From positions 224,001 to 288,000 of the forward strand of contig CAWGYD010000006.1 of the NCBI GenBank assembly GCA_963826785.1: a stretch of DNA of 64,000 bases. The letters run 5' to 3'. Under the pieces are notes generated by a model. It had not been told where the DNA came from. It worked only from the letters and a program-made list of their open reading frames with translations, and ran no database searches. This DNA is from an uncultured delta proteobacterium (GTDB lineage Bacteria > Desulfobacterota > Desulfobacteria > Desulfobacterales > Desulfosalsimonadaceae). A program made the position numbers and the translations under genes. Below are positions 8,401-19,861 of this stretch, in pieces (position 1 is the stretch's first letter; the number at the start of each line of letters is the position of its first letter).

Positions 8401-10362
8401 ATGGATCAATCCAAAAAAAGACCCCGGCCCGGCAACGTTCCGGATACATCATCGTCCTTCCAGGGGTGGTGGTTTCTATTTGTGCTGATGATCGCCTATT
8501 TCGGCTGGAGTCTTTATGCCTCCAATTCCGGATCCGAAAATATCTCCTACACGGATTTTAAATCTTATGTGAAAAACGGGAATGTATCCAAGATCACGGT
8601 CCAGGGCCAGACCATCCGGGGCGAATTCAAGCATCCGGTTCCCCGGAATGAAAATGAAAACAATTCACAAAGCGCAAGTTCCCCGAACGCCAATAAAGCA
8701 TCCGCCAATTCCCAGTCGGAGCCGGGTGCCAAACGATTCGTGACCTATCTCCCCTCATTTAACGATCCCAGCCTGATCAACATTCTGCAGGCCAACCATG
8801 TAGAGATCCAGACCAAGCCCCAATCCAATTCATCCTTCTGGCTGATCTTTCTCATGCTGCTGCCGTTTGTCTTTATCATCTGGATGGGATTTGCCCAGTA
8901 CCGCCGCATGCAGGGACAGGGCGGCGGCGGCGGCGGCTTGTTCTCCATCGGACAGAGCCACGCACGGCTCTACCGGAAAACCCAGGAAAGAACCTCCTTC
9001 GATGACGTGGCCGGCGCCCGGGGAGCCAAAACGGAACTCAAGGAACTGGTCATGTTCTTGAAGGATCCGGAAAAGCTGCGCAACCTGGGGGCCGAGGTTC
9101 CCAAGGGCTATATGCTGGTGGGGCCTCCGGGGACGGGAAAAACCCTGCTTGCCCGTGCCGTGGCCGGGGAAGCCGATGCGCCCTTCTTTTCCATCACCGG
9201 GTCGGATTTCATGGAGATGTTCGTGGGCGTAGGGGCCAAGCGTGTCCGCAGCCTGTTCGCGGATGCCAAGAAAAGCGCCCCCAGCATCATTTTCATCGAC
9301 GAAATCGATGCCATCGGACGGCAGCGGGGGACCGGACTGGGGGGCGGCCACGACGAACGGGAACAGACCTTGAACCAGCTGCTTTCCGAACTGGACGGAT
9401 TTGAACCCAACGAAAATGTGATCGTCATGACCGCCACCAACCGGCCTGACGTGCTCGATCCCGCCCTGATGCGCCCCGGCCGGTTTGACCGGCGCATCGT
9501 GGTGGACCTTCCCTCCACCTCCGACCGGGTGGCGATTTTAGAAATTTATGCCAGGAACAAGCAGCTGGACGCCGATGTGGATTTGAAGCAGACGGCCCAG
9601 GGGACCCCCGGATTTTCAGGCGCCGATCTCAAAAACATGCTCAATGAAGCCGCTCTGCTGGCGGCAAGGCAGGGCCGGAACAATATCGGTCCGGACGACA
9701 TCGAAGAAGCCCGGGACAAAATCATGATGGGACTGGAACGGGAAGGCCTGATGATCACCGATGAGGAAAAAAAGATGGTGGCCTACCACGAAGCCGGGCA
9801 CGCCATCGTGGGCGCATGCCTTCCCCTGGCCGACCGGGTGCACAAGGTCTCCATTGTCCCCCGCAGCCAGTCCATGGGGGTGACCCAGCAGTTTCCCGAC
9901 CACGAAAAATATATCTACAGCCGCCGTTACCTGAACCACCGGCTGGCGGTGATGATGGGCGGCCGCTGCGCCGAAATGATGATTTTTAAAAGCCCCACCA
10001 GCGGCGCCGGCAACGACCTTCAGCAGGCCACCGCCACCGCCCGGAAAATGGTGCTGGAATGGGGAATGAGCGGCCGGTTCGAACACATGGCCATGGGCTC
10101 GCCCCGGGAGCACGTCTTTTTAGGGGAGCAGATGGCCAAGCCCAGGGAATACAGCGAGGCCACCGCCCAGGAAGTGGATCGGGAAGTGGAGGTTCTGCTC
10201 CAGGAGGGCTACTCCACGGCTGAAACCATCCTGAAAAACAACCGCACTGCCTTAGATGAACTTTCAAGTCATCTGGTGGAGGTGGAAGAGGTGCCGGGCC
10301 AATATGTCTATGACCTGCTGGGCCGGCATGCGGAAGAAGGCAAAAAATGCGGCGACGGATAA
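8401..10362 (+). CDS. ftsH: ATP-dependent zinc metalloprotease FtsH
   Basis: Two TM segments, Walker A GPPGTGKT, Walker [42 protein letters not shown] before ATG 8401. Confidence 0.97.
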   Translation: MDQSKKRPRPGNVPDTSSSFQGWWFLFVLMIAYFGWSLYASNSGSENISYTDFKSYVKNGNVSKITVQGQTIRGEFKHPVPRNENENNSQSASSPNANKASANSQSEPGAKRFVTYLPSFNDPSLINILQANHVEIQTKPQSNSSFWLIFLMLLPFVFIIWMGFAQYRRMQGQGGGGGGLFSIGQSHARLYRKTQERTSFDDVAGARGAKTELKELVMFLKDPEKLRNLGAEVPKGYMLVGPPGTGKTLLARAVAGEADAPFFSITGSDFMEMFVGVGAKRVRSLFADAKKSAPSIIFIDEIDAIGRQRGTGLGGGHDEREQTLNQLLSELDGFEPNENVIVMTATNRPDVLDPALMRPGRFDRRIVVDLPSTSDRVAILEIYARNKQLDADVDLKQTAQGTPGFSGADLKNMLNEAALLAARQGRNNIGPDDIEEARDKIMMGLEREGLMITDEEKKMVAYHEAGHAIVGACLPLADRVHKVSIVPRSQSMGVTQQFPDHEKYIYSRRYLNHRLAVMMGGRCAEMMIFKSPTSGAGNDLQQATATARKMVLEWGMSGRFEHMAMGSPREHVFLGEQMAKPREYSEATAQEVDREVEVLLQEGYSTAETILKNNRTALDELSSHLVEVEEVPGQYVYDLLGRHAEEGKKCGDG

Positions 10363-10372
10363 CAAATTTAGC

Positions 10373-10405
10373 GTCGAAAGGTGACAAAGTTTGTCACCTT
10401 TCGAC
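10373..10405. terminator. Perfect 16-bp-arm inverted repeat after ftsH (terminator or protein-binding site)
   Basis: GTCGAAAGGTGACAAA-G-TTTGTCACCTTTCGAC, 10 bp after the ftsH stop. Confidence 0.6.
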
Positions 10406-10707
10406 AATCTGTATATAAAATCATAACTTCAGGCAGCCCTTCCTGCCCCCTGCCCGGCGAAAATTCATCCAGCGATAAAAACGGGCCGCTCACTTTCTTT
10501 TAACTTTTCCCACGGTCCGCCACCACTGGATACCACAGGTACGGGTACCCGGTCATTTTCATCTTTCCGGGGACACGTGGTTTCTTTTGTTTTCCCCCGA
10601 CAATCAATTCAATTCACTGGCAGCGGTCCTTTGCCGATACTTCAACGGATGGTTTTGCCGCCGGCGGATATCGCCCATGGAGGCCCCGCCGGATGATCAC
10701 CTGACAA

Positions 10708-10723
10708 TGGCATATATTGTGCA
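10708..10723 (+). promoter_or_regulatory. Putative sigma-54 (-24/-12) promoter
   Basis: TGGCATATATTGTGCA fits GG-N10-GC, about 50 bp upstream of ATG 10775. Confidence 0.55.
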
Positions 10724-10774
10724 ACATGCGAATAGAACTTTTAATTAAACGCCGTTTCATCATTTTCGTGAGCC

Positions 10775-12986
10775 ATGTCGATTCGCACCAAAATTGGCAT
10801 CATCCTCCTGCTCGCCGTATTCGGGATCGGTATTGCCGAATACTGCATCCAGCGGTGCGTCGTCCTTCCCGGTTTTTTTGAACTGGAGCAGGAGGAAGCG
10901 CGTGAAGACGCCCACAGGCTGGTGAAAAACGTTGAAAATGAAATCAATCACCTGGGCAGGGTCTGCACGGACTGGGCACAATGGGACGACACCTATGCAT
11001 TCATGGAAAACCATTCTCCCCGGTATATCCAATCCAACCTGGTGCCGGAGACCTTCATCAACAACCGCATCAACCTGATCTGCATTTACAGCCTCTCCGG
11101 CCATCCGGAGTACTCCCGGATCTATGATCTGAAAAGTCAAGTCCCCTTATGTTTCAACCGCTTTTCCCGAAGAGGGTCTGCCGGAGGGTCACCCAATTTT
11201 CCCCCGGCTTCCGCTGAAGCCGGAGGATTATCCCATCAAAGGCTTTCTCGCCACTGACATGGGTCCCATGATGGTGTGGGCCAACCTGATCCTGACCAGC
11301 ACTGCAAAAGGTCCTCCCCGGGGGCTGTTGGTCATGGGGCGGCTGATGGATGATCAATTGGCGGGCAGCGTATCCGGGACCACCGGGATTAGAATCGAAA
11401 CGCTTCCCGCGGCCGGAAAATCACTCCCCTGGCATGAACAGCCCTCGGGCAGCACTGCGGCGATTGCGATTGAATCCGCCAGCAGTTCGCTTCTAAAAGT
11501 TCATGCGATTTTCCCGTACCTTTCGGGAAAAGAGGCTTTTTGCCTCACCGAGGCCATTCCTCGAAATATCGTCGCCAAGGGCTATGTCATTGTCCGCTAT
11601 GAAATGGTGTCTCTCCTGATCGCCGGCCTGTTTATTCTGATACTGGTGCTCATCGGACTGGAAAGATCCGTGCTCAGCCCGCTGGCGCTATTTACGACGC
11701 ATGCCCGCCGGATCGAAGAAACCATGGATTATACGCGGCGGCTCTCCTTTACCCGCAAGGATGAAATCGGGGTCATGGCCCGGGCTTTTGACAAGATGGT
11801 CTCCAGAATACAGATGTCCCTGGAGCGGCTGAAAATCTTAAATGATCACCTGCAGGACGATATTGAGAAACGAAAACAGGCGGAGAATGCCTTGAAGGAA
11901 AGTGAGGAGCGGTTTCGGCTGGTGGTGGAGCAGGCGCCGGACGCGGTTTTCGTCCATGACCTGTCCGGACGGTTCCGTATGGTCAATCAGGAGGCCTGCC
12001 GGCGGCTGGGATACGAGCGCCACGAACTGCTGAACCAGTCGGTGGCGCTCATCGATCCGGATTACAGCCGCCGGGACGATCCGAATACCTACTGGCGTCA
12101 TATCGATCAGGGCGCCCCGGTCATCTTCGAATCCCGTCACATCAATAAAGAAGGGTCGTACCTGTCCGTGGAAGTGAGCTTGAGCCCTATTCTATACCAG
12201 GGTGAAAAACTGATTCTGGCCATGGTCCGGGATATCTCCGAAAGAAAGCAGCTGGAAGAACGCATCCGGTATGCGCATAAAATGGAAGCCATGAGCACCC
12301 TTACTGCTGGAATCGCTCATAATTTCAACAATATTTTGTCCGTCATCGTCGGCAATACCGACCTGGCCAAATACCAGGCGGCGGACAACGGCAAGGCCGG
12401 CGCATCGCTAAACAATATTGAAAAGGCCTGCCTGCGGGCCAAGGAAATTGTCTGGCAGCTGATCAGCTTCAGCCAGGACTCCATAAACCCGATGAAGGTC
12501 ATTTCCCTCCCGTCAACTGTTGTCGATGCGATCTCTCAAATGGAAGCCGCGCTGCCGACTCACATTCAGCTCAAGACCGCCATTCAGGAAAATTGCCGCC
12601 CCATCATCGGATCGGCCGAACAGATCCGCCAGCTCATTGTCAGCCTGTGGCAAAATGCAGTGGAAGCTATCGGCGAAAGTCAGGGCACCATCGACATTTG
12701 CATGGAAAACATCACCGTCGGAGATACGCCCGCCCTTCCCGCAAGCAGCGATCTGCCGGCCGGCGGCTACGTTCGCATCACCTTCGCCGACACGGGCTGC
12801 GGCATCGAAAGCAAACACATGGACCGGATCTTTGACCCGTACTTTACCACCAAAAATTTTGCCAACGGCGCCGGCATGGGATTGTCCATCGTCTACGGCA
12901 TCGTCAAGAGCAACCGGGGGGCCATCCGCGTGGACAGCAAACCGGGAGGGGGGACCCGGTTTACCATCTATTTTCCGGTGAAATAA
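10775..12986 (+). pseudogene. CHASE4-HAMP-PAS sensor histidine kinase, frameshifted near 11133-11165 (or sequencing error)
   Basis: ORF 10775 has a TM segment and the CHASE4 motif DWAQWDDTYAF. The +1 frame continues FPEEGLPEGHP...KGFLATDMGPMM into ORF 11259 with TM, HAMP, PAS, H-box AGIAHNFNNIL and DTGCG/FTTK/GMGL boxes. Confidence 0.82.
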
Positions 12987-13003
12987 GAGATTTACATGGG
13001 CGG

Positions 13004-14224
13004 TCAACTTTCAAAAGTAACGGCGGTCTTGATGGCCCGGTGCCTGGATTTTTCGAGGTTGGTTTCAATCAGGGCTTCGTAATCGTCTATGGCAAACTTG
13101 TGGGTGAGCATTTTTTCCATTTTGATCTTTTTGTTTGCCACCATGTCGATGGCCATTTCAAAGACATGTTTTTTCCCGCCGCCCGTGTCGGTCATGCCGT
13201 AGGCGAACACGCCCTTTACGGTCTGGAGCTTCAGCCAGAGCGGGGTGAGGTCCAGCTTGACATCGTGGCCGATCCCCACGATGCTCAGCACGCCGCCCAC
13301 GGCCATGCAGCGCATGGCGGTATTGAGGGTGCCGCTGTTTCCCACGCAGTCGAATACGCGATTAAACCCGCCCATGAGGATGTCCTGGCCCATCATCGGC
13401 TTGTATCTTCTGGCGCCGGTGATTTTCACCGTGCCGGAAAACAGGTCCCCGTCCGTGATCAGGTGGTGGGCCCCGGCCGATCTGGCCATTTCAGCGGAAA
13501 ACGGCGAGGGCTCGGAAACCGTCACGGTGCACCCGCAATCCAGGGCGGAGATCACCTGCACGATCAGCGTGCCGATCACGCCGCCGCCGATGACCAGCAC
13601 CTGGTCCTCTTTTCCGGGCCGATTCTCCAGCACAGCCGCCAGAGCCACGGAAAGCGGCTCGATCATGGCCCCTTCCTCCGTTAAGACCCCTTCGGGCAGG
13701 ACGAACACCTGGCTTTCATGGGCCACAAGGTATGGCGCAAACCCGCCGCCGATCTCGCTGCAGATGCCGCTGAACATTCCCGGCGCCAGTTTTCCTTCGG
13801 CGAAATTTTCGCAGCTTCCCACCCGGCCGGTGCGGCAGGCCCGGCATTCGGGCTCGATCTGCCGGGGGCGGCAGTTGAGATGCGGTGCGATGGTCACCCG
13901 GTCGCCGACGTTGACTTTTTTTACCGCAGGGCCCGCCTCTTCGATATCGCCGCACACTTCATGCCCCATCACGCAGGGAAACGATCCGAACGGGCTGGCG
14001 GTGGGGGAATCTCTCAAGAAGATCAGGTTCAGGTCGCTGGCGCAAAATCCCGTCAGGCGGGTTTTGATCTTCACCCAGTCCGGACCGGGAAGGACCGGAT
14101 CGGCAATATCATCGAGTGAAACAGTGGCCAGCCTTCCCCTGTAGTAAACCTCTTTTTTAAACGTTCCCAGGGCCTTTAGCGCCAGCCATCGGGGGACATT
14201 GACATTAAACCGGAGTGCTTTCAT
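13004..14224 (-). CDS. Zinc-dependent alcohol dehydrogenase (MDR family)
   Basis: GFCASDL, GHEVCG, structural-Zn cysteines C..C..C..C, GGGVIG nucleotide-binding motif. Confidence 0.9.
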   Translation of the reverse strand: MKALRFNVNVPRWLALKALGTFKKEVYYRGRLATVSLDDIADPVLPGPDWVKIKTRLTGFCASDLNLIFLRDSPTASPFGSFPCVMGHEVCGDIEEAGPAVKKVNVGDRVTIAPHLNCRPRQIEPECRACRTGRVGSCENFAEGKLAPGMFSGICSEIGGGFAPYLVAHESQVFVLPEGVLTEEGAMIEPLSVALAAVLENRPGKEDQVLVIGGGVIGTLIVQVISALDCGCTVTVSEPSPFSAEMARSAGAHHLITDGDLFSGTVKITGARRYKPMMGQDILMGGFNRVFDCVGNSGTLNTAMRCMAVGGVLSIVGIGHDVKLDLTPLWLKLQTVKGVFAYGMTDTGGGKKHVFEMAIDMVANKKIKMEKMLTHKFAIDDYEALIETNLEKSRHRAIKTAVTFES

Positions 14225-14487
14225 ACCATTTCTCCCTTTGCGGAAAGTAAACTGGAAATACGATCAGGTCGCGTGCCGATGTCCCGGCCGGCGGAAAAAC
14301 CGGGTGTTAAAAAATTTGAATATCAGCGCCAAATACCCATTTATAATCCGGGAATGGCGGCCGATCAAGTGCTTTTGGAAATACGCCTGGCGGCGGTTGG
14401 CGTTTTGACCAAATGTATTATCTTCTAAGAGTAGTGATTTTTATGCACCTGAATTCAAAGGTGATCGGATAACCTCTCACAAACCTG

Positions 14488-15576
14488 ATGGTGACAGCCA
14501 TGATGATATGGAGCCTGATTTCCGGCATCGCGGGTGCCGGCACGACCGAAACGACATCGCCGGATGCAGACCGGCTGAAAACAGCCACTTTTGCCGGCGG
14601 ATGCTTCTGGTGCGTTCAAGCGCCTTTTGAAAAAATAGACGGTGTGGTCAATGTGGTTTCCGGCTATACCGGAGGGGAAACAGAAAATCCCACCTACCCG
14701 GAAGTCTCCTCCGGCACCACCGGCCATCTCGAAGCCGTTCAGATCACCTATGATCCCGGTAAAGTGACCTACGAAGAATTGCTGGCGGTATTCTGGCGCC
14801 AGATCGATCCCACCGACCCGGGCGGATCATTCGTCGACCGGGGCAGCCAGTACCGGTCGGCCATTTTCTACCATGATGATCAGCAAAAGAGGGCAGCGGA
14901 GCAGTCGAAAGCGGAACTGGCGCAAAACGGGCCCTTCCATCAGCCCATCGCCACTGAAATCATCCCTCTTACGCATTTTTACCCTGCTGAAGACTATCAC
15001 CAGAATTATCACCGGAACCATTCCATCCGGTACACATATTATCGCCACGGTTCGGGAAGGGATCAATTCCTGAAAAAAATCTGGGGCGAGATCAAAGACC
15101 CGAATGACATCATCGCGCAAACCCGCAATCCGCATCAATCATATGAACGGCCCGCCGATGCGGCGCTGCGGGAGAAACTGTCGCCGATGCAGTATGCCGT
15201 GACCCGCGAGAATAAGACCGAACCGCCCTTTGCCAACGCCTATCACGATCATAAAAAAGAGGGGATTTACGTGGACATTGTCTCGGGAGAGCCGTTGTTT
15301 TCGTCCACAGACAAGTTTGACTCCGGCACCGGCTGGCCCAGTTTTGTCCGGCCCATAACAGATGATGCCGTGGTGGAAAAGGAAGACCAAAGCCTTTTTT
15401 CCGTCCGCACGGAGGTTCGCAGCCGGCAGGCCGACTCCCACCTGGGGCACGTGTTTTCAGACGGTCCGCCGCCCACCGGGCAGCGCTACTGCATGAACTC
15501 GGCGGCAATGCGGTTTGTGCCCAAAGCGGATCTGGAGAAGGAAGGATACGGGGAGTTCCTCAAGCTGTTTAACTGA
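14488..15576 (+). CDS. msrAB: Bifunctional peptide methionine sulfoxide reductase MsrA/MsrB, probably exported
   Basis: FAGGCFWC and AEDYHQNY (MsrA); [23 protein letters not shown] (MsrB); hydrophobic N-terminus; start uncertain. Confidence 0.95.
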   Translation: MVTAMMIWSLISGIAGAGTTETTSPDADRLKTATFAGGCFWCVQAPFEKIDGVVNVVSGYTGGETENPTYPEVSSGTTGHLEAVQITYDPGKVTYEELLAVFWRQIDPTDPGGSFVDRGSQYRSAIFYHDDQQKRAAEQSKAELAQNGPFHQPIATEIIPLTHFYPAEDYHQNYHRNHSIRYTYYRHGSGRDQFLKKIWGEIKDPNDIIAQTRNPHQSYERPADAALREKLSPMQYAVTRENKTEPPFANAYHDHKKEGIYVDIVSGEPLFSSTDKFDSGTGWPSFVRPITDDAVVEKEDQSLFSVRTEVRSRQADSHLGHVFSDGPPPTGQRYCMNSAAMRFVPKADLEKEGYGEFLKLFN

Positions 15577-15612
15577 TCGCTTCCGGTATTAAATGCGAAA
15601 TGACCAATTGAG

Positions 15613-16920
15613 TTACTTATGACTTTGCAAAACCGGCCTGGGCTCCTCGTAGACGGTGGTTTTCTTCTGCAGCCGCTCAAAGTCGATCATTCCGCCCCAT
15701 CCGGTTTTCAAGGTATCGGCCAGGATTTTATCGAAATAGCCCTTTGCCACCAGGTTGCCGGACCCGTCTGCGATGTCCTGGAGAATGGGTGCGGGGCCGC
15801 AGTCGGTATATTTTTCAATGACGGCATTGCTCTTTTCGTTTTCAAACACCTTGTAACCGGTAATGTACGGGAAGTAACCCTCCAGCAGGCTGATCCCCTT
15901 GACCAGCTTCTTAAACCGCCGGTTCCGGGTGACCGTATACAAAACCTTGTAGGCGGTTTTCTGCGCGTTGATCATGGAATAGAAAAACCATCGGGGGACG
16001 AACCGGATCCTGGGAATGACCCGGCCTTCCACCGGATCATGGTTCACATAATAATTATACCCGACGTGATGCAGGTACCCGATGGGGACGGCATTTTTAC
16101 CTGCCGCCAGCCGCACGACGCCCTGGTGATAACGGTCGCCGTCCATGATGGCCGCGACCACCCGGGCCACCCAGTCCACGGGAACGATATCCAGGGTGTT
16201 GTCCGCGGCGGTCAGGAAAGGGAGCTTGCCCATGTATCCCAGCATCATCACGATGTAATGGAGGTTGTAGGTCCTGGTCCGCCCGGTCCGGGCCGAGCCG
16301 CCGATGATGGTGGGCTCGAAAATGACGATCCGGTCGTTATGGGCGCCGATTTTTTCCAGGATAAAGCGCTTGGCTTCGGCTTTGGTGGTGGCATAGGTGT
16401 TGTCCGGTTCGCCGGGATGAAAGGCCGGGAAATCCTCCGGGATGGGCTTCTTGTAAATCCCGTAGGCATACCCGGTGGAAATATAATAAAGGGTGGGGTC
16501 CGGCTGACCGTTGTTTTGCCGGTGGGCCTTGATGGCGTCGAATAATTCATAAATTTTCCGGGTGAAGACCACGTTGGGAATCCGGATCTTCTCATAGGGC
16601 TGATCAAACCGGACGTCTGCGGCCCCGTGTAGAATCTTTCCGGTGCATTCCACCAGTTCGGTGTAGATATCCGGATCGATCCCCATTTTTTCTTTTTCGA
16701 TGTCGATTTCCACCAGCCGGGACGCGTCCATGAGATTGCGCTTCAAGTTGTGCTCCAAATCCATGGAATCGATCACCCTTTCAAAGCGCTGCTGAATCCC
16801 GTTTCCTTTGGAATCTGAACGGATGGCAAAATAAAACCGGGCATCGGCTTCCTTTTTCATCAACTCTTCGATAACGACCGGGACCACCGTGCCGGTTATG
16901 CCGGTGACAAAATAGATCAT
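15613..16920 (-). CDS. Extended SDR, thioester/fatty acyl-CoA reductase-like (NAD_binding_4) protein
   Basis: YFVTGITG, ILHGAADVRF, YISTGY, YATTK (YxxxK), PTIIGG, LDIVPVDWVA. Confidence 0.8.
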   Translation of the reverse strand: MIYFVTGITGTVVPVVIEELMKKEADARFYFAIRSDSKGNGIQQRFERVIDSMDLEHNLKRNLMDASRLVEIDIEKEKMGIDPDIYTELVECTGKILHGAADVRFDQPYEKIRIPNVVFTRKIYELFDAIKAHRQNNGQPDPTLYYISTGYAYGIYKKPIPEDFPAFHPGEPDNTYATTKAEAKRFILEKIGAHNDRIVIFEPTIIGGSARTGRTRTYNLHYIVMMLGYMGKLPFLTAADNTLDIVPVDWVARVVAAIMDGDRYHQGVVRLAAGKNAVPIGYLHHVGYNYYVNHDPVEGRVIPRIRFVPRWFFYSMINAQKTAYKVLYTVTRNRRFKKLVKGISLLEGYFPYITGYKVFENEKSNAVIEKYTDCGPAPILQDIADGSGNLVAKGYFDKILADTLKTGWGGMIDFERLQKKTTVYEEPRPVLQSHK

Positions 16921-16950
16921 AAAACCCCCTTTGTATCGAGCGAAAGCATA

Positions 16951-18015
16951 TTAGAAGACATTGGCCAGCTTGAATACGGAGATGAGTTTGACCGCCGGCA
17001 GAAACCATTTATGGGCGCAGTAGAATTTATTTTCCCGGCCCATGAAACGGGATTTGGTGAAACTGATGCCCTTGAAGTTGTAGATGAAATTGCCGTAGCG
17101 GAAGATGAGCCGTTCGATGTTTTTCAGCAGCAGGGCCTCACTCTTCTTGTCCGCTTCGTCCAGCACCAGGATGGACAGCCCCAGGTTGATCTCCCCGAGG
17201 CCTTCTTGTTTGAACTGGTCCATGGCCGTCAGCATGATGGCATAGAAGATGCCCTGGCGAAATTCATGTGAAAACCTGGAGATGTTGGGAACATAGCTGA
17301 TGATTTTTCCATCCTGATAGACCGGATCGAAAAAGATGAACCCGATGATCTCGCCATCGAGATAGGCGAAAAACTTGCGGGTTTCATGCTGGTGGTCCAT
17401 GTTCATGGGCCGGATCAAAAATCCGATCTCCCGGTTCTTGATTTTGCGGGTGGACATCCAGTTTTTCGACAGCTCATGATAGCAGTTTTCACCGGGGCAT
17501 TCCCTGATCTCCACCCCCATTTTCTTCGCCTGGTTCAACGCGGTGCGCAGCACCTGCTTTTTCTTGCCGGAAATGCTCCAGGTGTTTAGGTCGATGATGG
17601 TCTCGATGCCGAACTGGGTGGCATAATACCCGAACTGGTGATGCATCAGGTCGGCCACCGGCTCGGTGATCTGGATGAACCCGGTGCGGGGGTGGATCTT
17701 TAAAAAATCGCCGATCAGGCGCTCCCGATCCCCATCGGCGCACACGGGATCAGACAGCACCATGGCGGATCCCCACTTTGGCATGAAGGCGATAAACCCT
17801 TTTCCCGGCACATCGAAATACTGCATGCCCGGCTGCAGGGTGGAAAACGACATGCAATGGTTGCCGTAGGCACGGATATAATCGAGGCGCTCCTGAAAAT
17901 GAAACCGGTTTACCGATCCGGTGACGGCGATTTTTTCCGGAAAATGGATAACCCGGGGCAGGGCAAGTTCGCCTGCCGGGCGAATCATTTCAGAGATCTG
18001 GGCGGTCGGCGGCAT
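16951..18015 (-). CDS. Stand-alone DUF2156 (MprF/LPG synthase C-terminal-like) aminoacyl-tRNA-dependent transferase
   Basis: VLSDPVC, GIETIIDL, SGKKKQVLR, IIGFIFFDP, INLGLS, YNFKGISFTKSRF; no membrane flippase domain. Confidence 0.78.
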   Translation of the reverse strand: MPPTAQISEMIRPAGELALPRVIHFPEKIAVTGSVNRFHFQERLDYIRAYGNHCMSFSTLQPGMQYFDVPGKGFIAFMPKWGSAMVLSDPVCADGDRERLIGDFLKIHPRTGFIQITEPVADLMHHQFGYYATQFGIETIIDLNTWSISGKKKQVLRTALNQAKKMGVEIRECPGENCYHELSKNWMSTRKIKNREIGFLIRPMNMDHQHETRKFFAYLDGEIIGFIFFDPVYQDGKIISYVPNISRFSHEFRQGIFYAIMLTAMDQFKQEGLGEINLGLSILVLDEADKKSEALLLKNIERLIFRYGNFIYNFKGISFTKSRFMGRENKFYCAHKWFLPAVKLISVFKLANVF

Positions 18016-18245
18016 ATTGTCAACTCCCGTTATTTATCGTTTCCTGATACCCTTTTCAGGGCCCCTTTCGATGAATAATAGGATTACACATTTCAGACAA
18101 CATGCAACGCTAAAAGAATGCGGGGCGATTACTAGGTAAAATCTAGTAGGCTAACGGCGGGAATCCTGGAAAGATCTGAAAATATAAAGTTATCACCCGT
18201 TGAGATTTTCAGATCGGTAAAAATCGGGGATCTATAATTTACGCA

Positions 18246-19394
18246 TCAGCGCCGGCCCTGCCGCAGCCCTGCGACGGCCCCGGCCACCACTTCGATGGCC
18301 CGGTCGATTTCCGCTTCCGTGGTCATTTTCCCCACTGAAAAACGGACCGTTCCTCTGGCCCACTGATTGTCAATGCACATGGCGGTGAGCACGTGGGAGA
18401 TCTCCACCGAGTCGGCATGGCAGGCGGCGCCTGCGGATGCGGCCACATCGAGGCCGATCTCTTCGAGAATCCGGTTGGCATCCAGACCGTAAAAGGAAAG
18501 GCTTAGTGTATTGGGCAGCCGGTTTTCCGGGTGGCCGTTGAGGCGAACCGATGAAACATTTTCTTTGATTCCGGCAAACAGGCGATCCCTTAAGCGCCGC
18601 ATGCGGTGCGCATTGACGTTCAGATCCCGGCGGGCAATTTCACAGGCTTTTCCCAGGCCGGTGATTTCAAGCACGTTTTCCGTACCGGCCCGGCGGCCAC
18701 TCTCCTGGCCCGCCCCGTGGCAGAAGGGTTCCAGCATAAGCCCGCCCCGCACATAGAGGGCCCCGACGCCTTTGGGGGCGTACAGTTTATGCCCGGCCAG
18801 GCTCAGCAGGTCCACTTCCAGGGCATTGACATCAACTTCGATTTTGCCTGCGGACTGGGCGGCATCGGTGTGCATCAAAATGTTTCGCCGGCGTGCGATC
18901 CTTGCGATATCGGCCACCGGCTGAATCACGCCGGTTTCGTTGTTGGCGTGCATGATGGAAACGAGTATGGTCCCCGGCCGGATGGCCGCCTCAAGATCGG
19001 CGATGCCGACCCGGCCGTCCGCATCCACCGGCAGATAAGTGGTTTCAACCCCTTCGGTTTCAAGGTACCGGCAGACATTGAGAACGGCAGGATGTTCGAT
19101 GGCCGAGGTGATGATGTGATTCCCCCGGGTTTTCATCCCCCGGGCGATGCTCTTGATGGCGTGGTTATTGGATTCGGTCCCCCCGCTGGTGAACAGGATC
19201 TCTTCCGGGCGGCACCCCAGCAGACCGGCGGCCTGGGCGCGGGCGGTCTCCACCGCCTGCCGGGGCGCAATCCCGTAATAATGTCCGCTGGAGGGATTCC
19301 CGAACTCGGTTTCCAGGTACGGTCGCATGGCCGCGATCACTTCCGGATCATGGGGCGTGGTGCCGTTATAATCCAGATAGATGGGGCGTCTCAT
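18246..19394 (-). CDS. Cysteine desulfurase / selenocysteine lyase-like PLP enzyme
   Basis: YLDYNGTTP, FTSGGTESNN, DAAQS, canonical AGHKLYAPKG, SAGAACH. Confidence 0.92.
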   Translation of the reverse strand: MRRPIYLDYNGTTPHDPEVIAAMRPYLETEFGNPSSGHYYGIAPRQAVETARAQAAGLLGCRPEEILFTSGGTESNNHAIKSIARGMKTRGNHIITSAIEHPAVLNVCRYLETEGVETTYLPVDADGRVGIADLEAAIRPGTILVSIMHANNETGVIQPVADIARIARRRNILMHTDAAQSAGKIEVDVNALEVDLLSLAGHKLYAPKGVGALYVRGGLMLEPFCHGAGQESGRRAGTENVLEITGLGKACEIARRDLNVNAHRMRRLRDRLFAGIKENVSSVRLNGHPENRLPNTLSLSFYGLDANRILEEIGLDVAASAGAACHADSVEISHVLTAMCIDNQWARGTVRFSVGKMTTEAEIDRAIEVVAGAVAGLRQGRR

Positions 19395-19411
19395 AATACC
19401 GTTATATACCG

Positions 19412-19861
19412 TTACTGCACCGTTTCAAATGACTGAATCGTAATTTCCAACCCTTCGGGCATGGGCGGGGGTTCGCTGCCCCTGGCATAGATCAGGGCCA
19501 CGTCCTTGAAATTGAAATCTTCATCGCCTCCCACCGCCAGATAGCCGATGACATCCTTCTGATCATCGATCTTTTCCACATCCGGAGATACAAACCATTT
19601 TCCCATGATCCACTGATCTCCGCATGTCTTGCAGCCGCCGGTGACCACCACATTTTTAACGTCCACCGCACCCACGTTCTTGACCCGGCCGCGTGCTTCG
19701 ATGGTCCAGCTGGTGTCGCTGAACTTTCGCACTGAAAACTGCTTGTCTGCGACAACGACCTTTCCTTCCGCTTTCGCTGTCTTCTCACAGGATGCCGTTC
19801 CCAACCCAATCAGTGAAACTGCGATCAGCAGCGCGATCTGCCGAATGCCTGAAATTCTCAT
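19412..19861 (-). CDS. Hypothetical lipoprotein
   Basis: Signal peptide with lipobox-like GTASC; internal CKTC; GAGG upstream. Confidence 0.65.
   Translation of the reverse strand: MRISGIRQIALLIAVSLIGLGTASCEKTAKAEGKVVVADKQFSVRKFSDTSWTIEARGRVKNVGAVDVKNVVVTGGCKTCGDQWIMGKWFVSPDVEKIDDQKDVIGYLAVGGDEDFNFKDVALIYARGSEPPPMPEGLEITIQSFETVQ

Noticed and set aside
14443..14490. Upstream in-frame ATG for msrAB interrupted by a stop at 14470
   Set aside because: The stop is TAA, not TGA, so recoding is not supported; probably just start-site ambiguity. The MsrA and MsrB catalytic residues are ordinary Cys.
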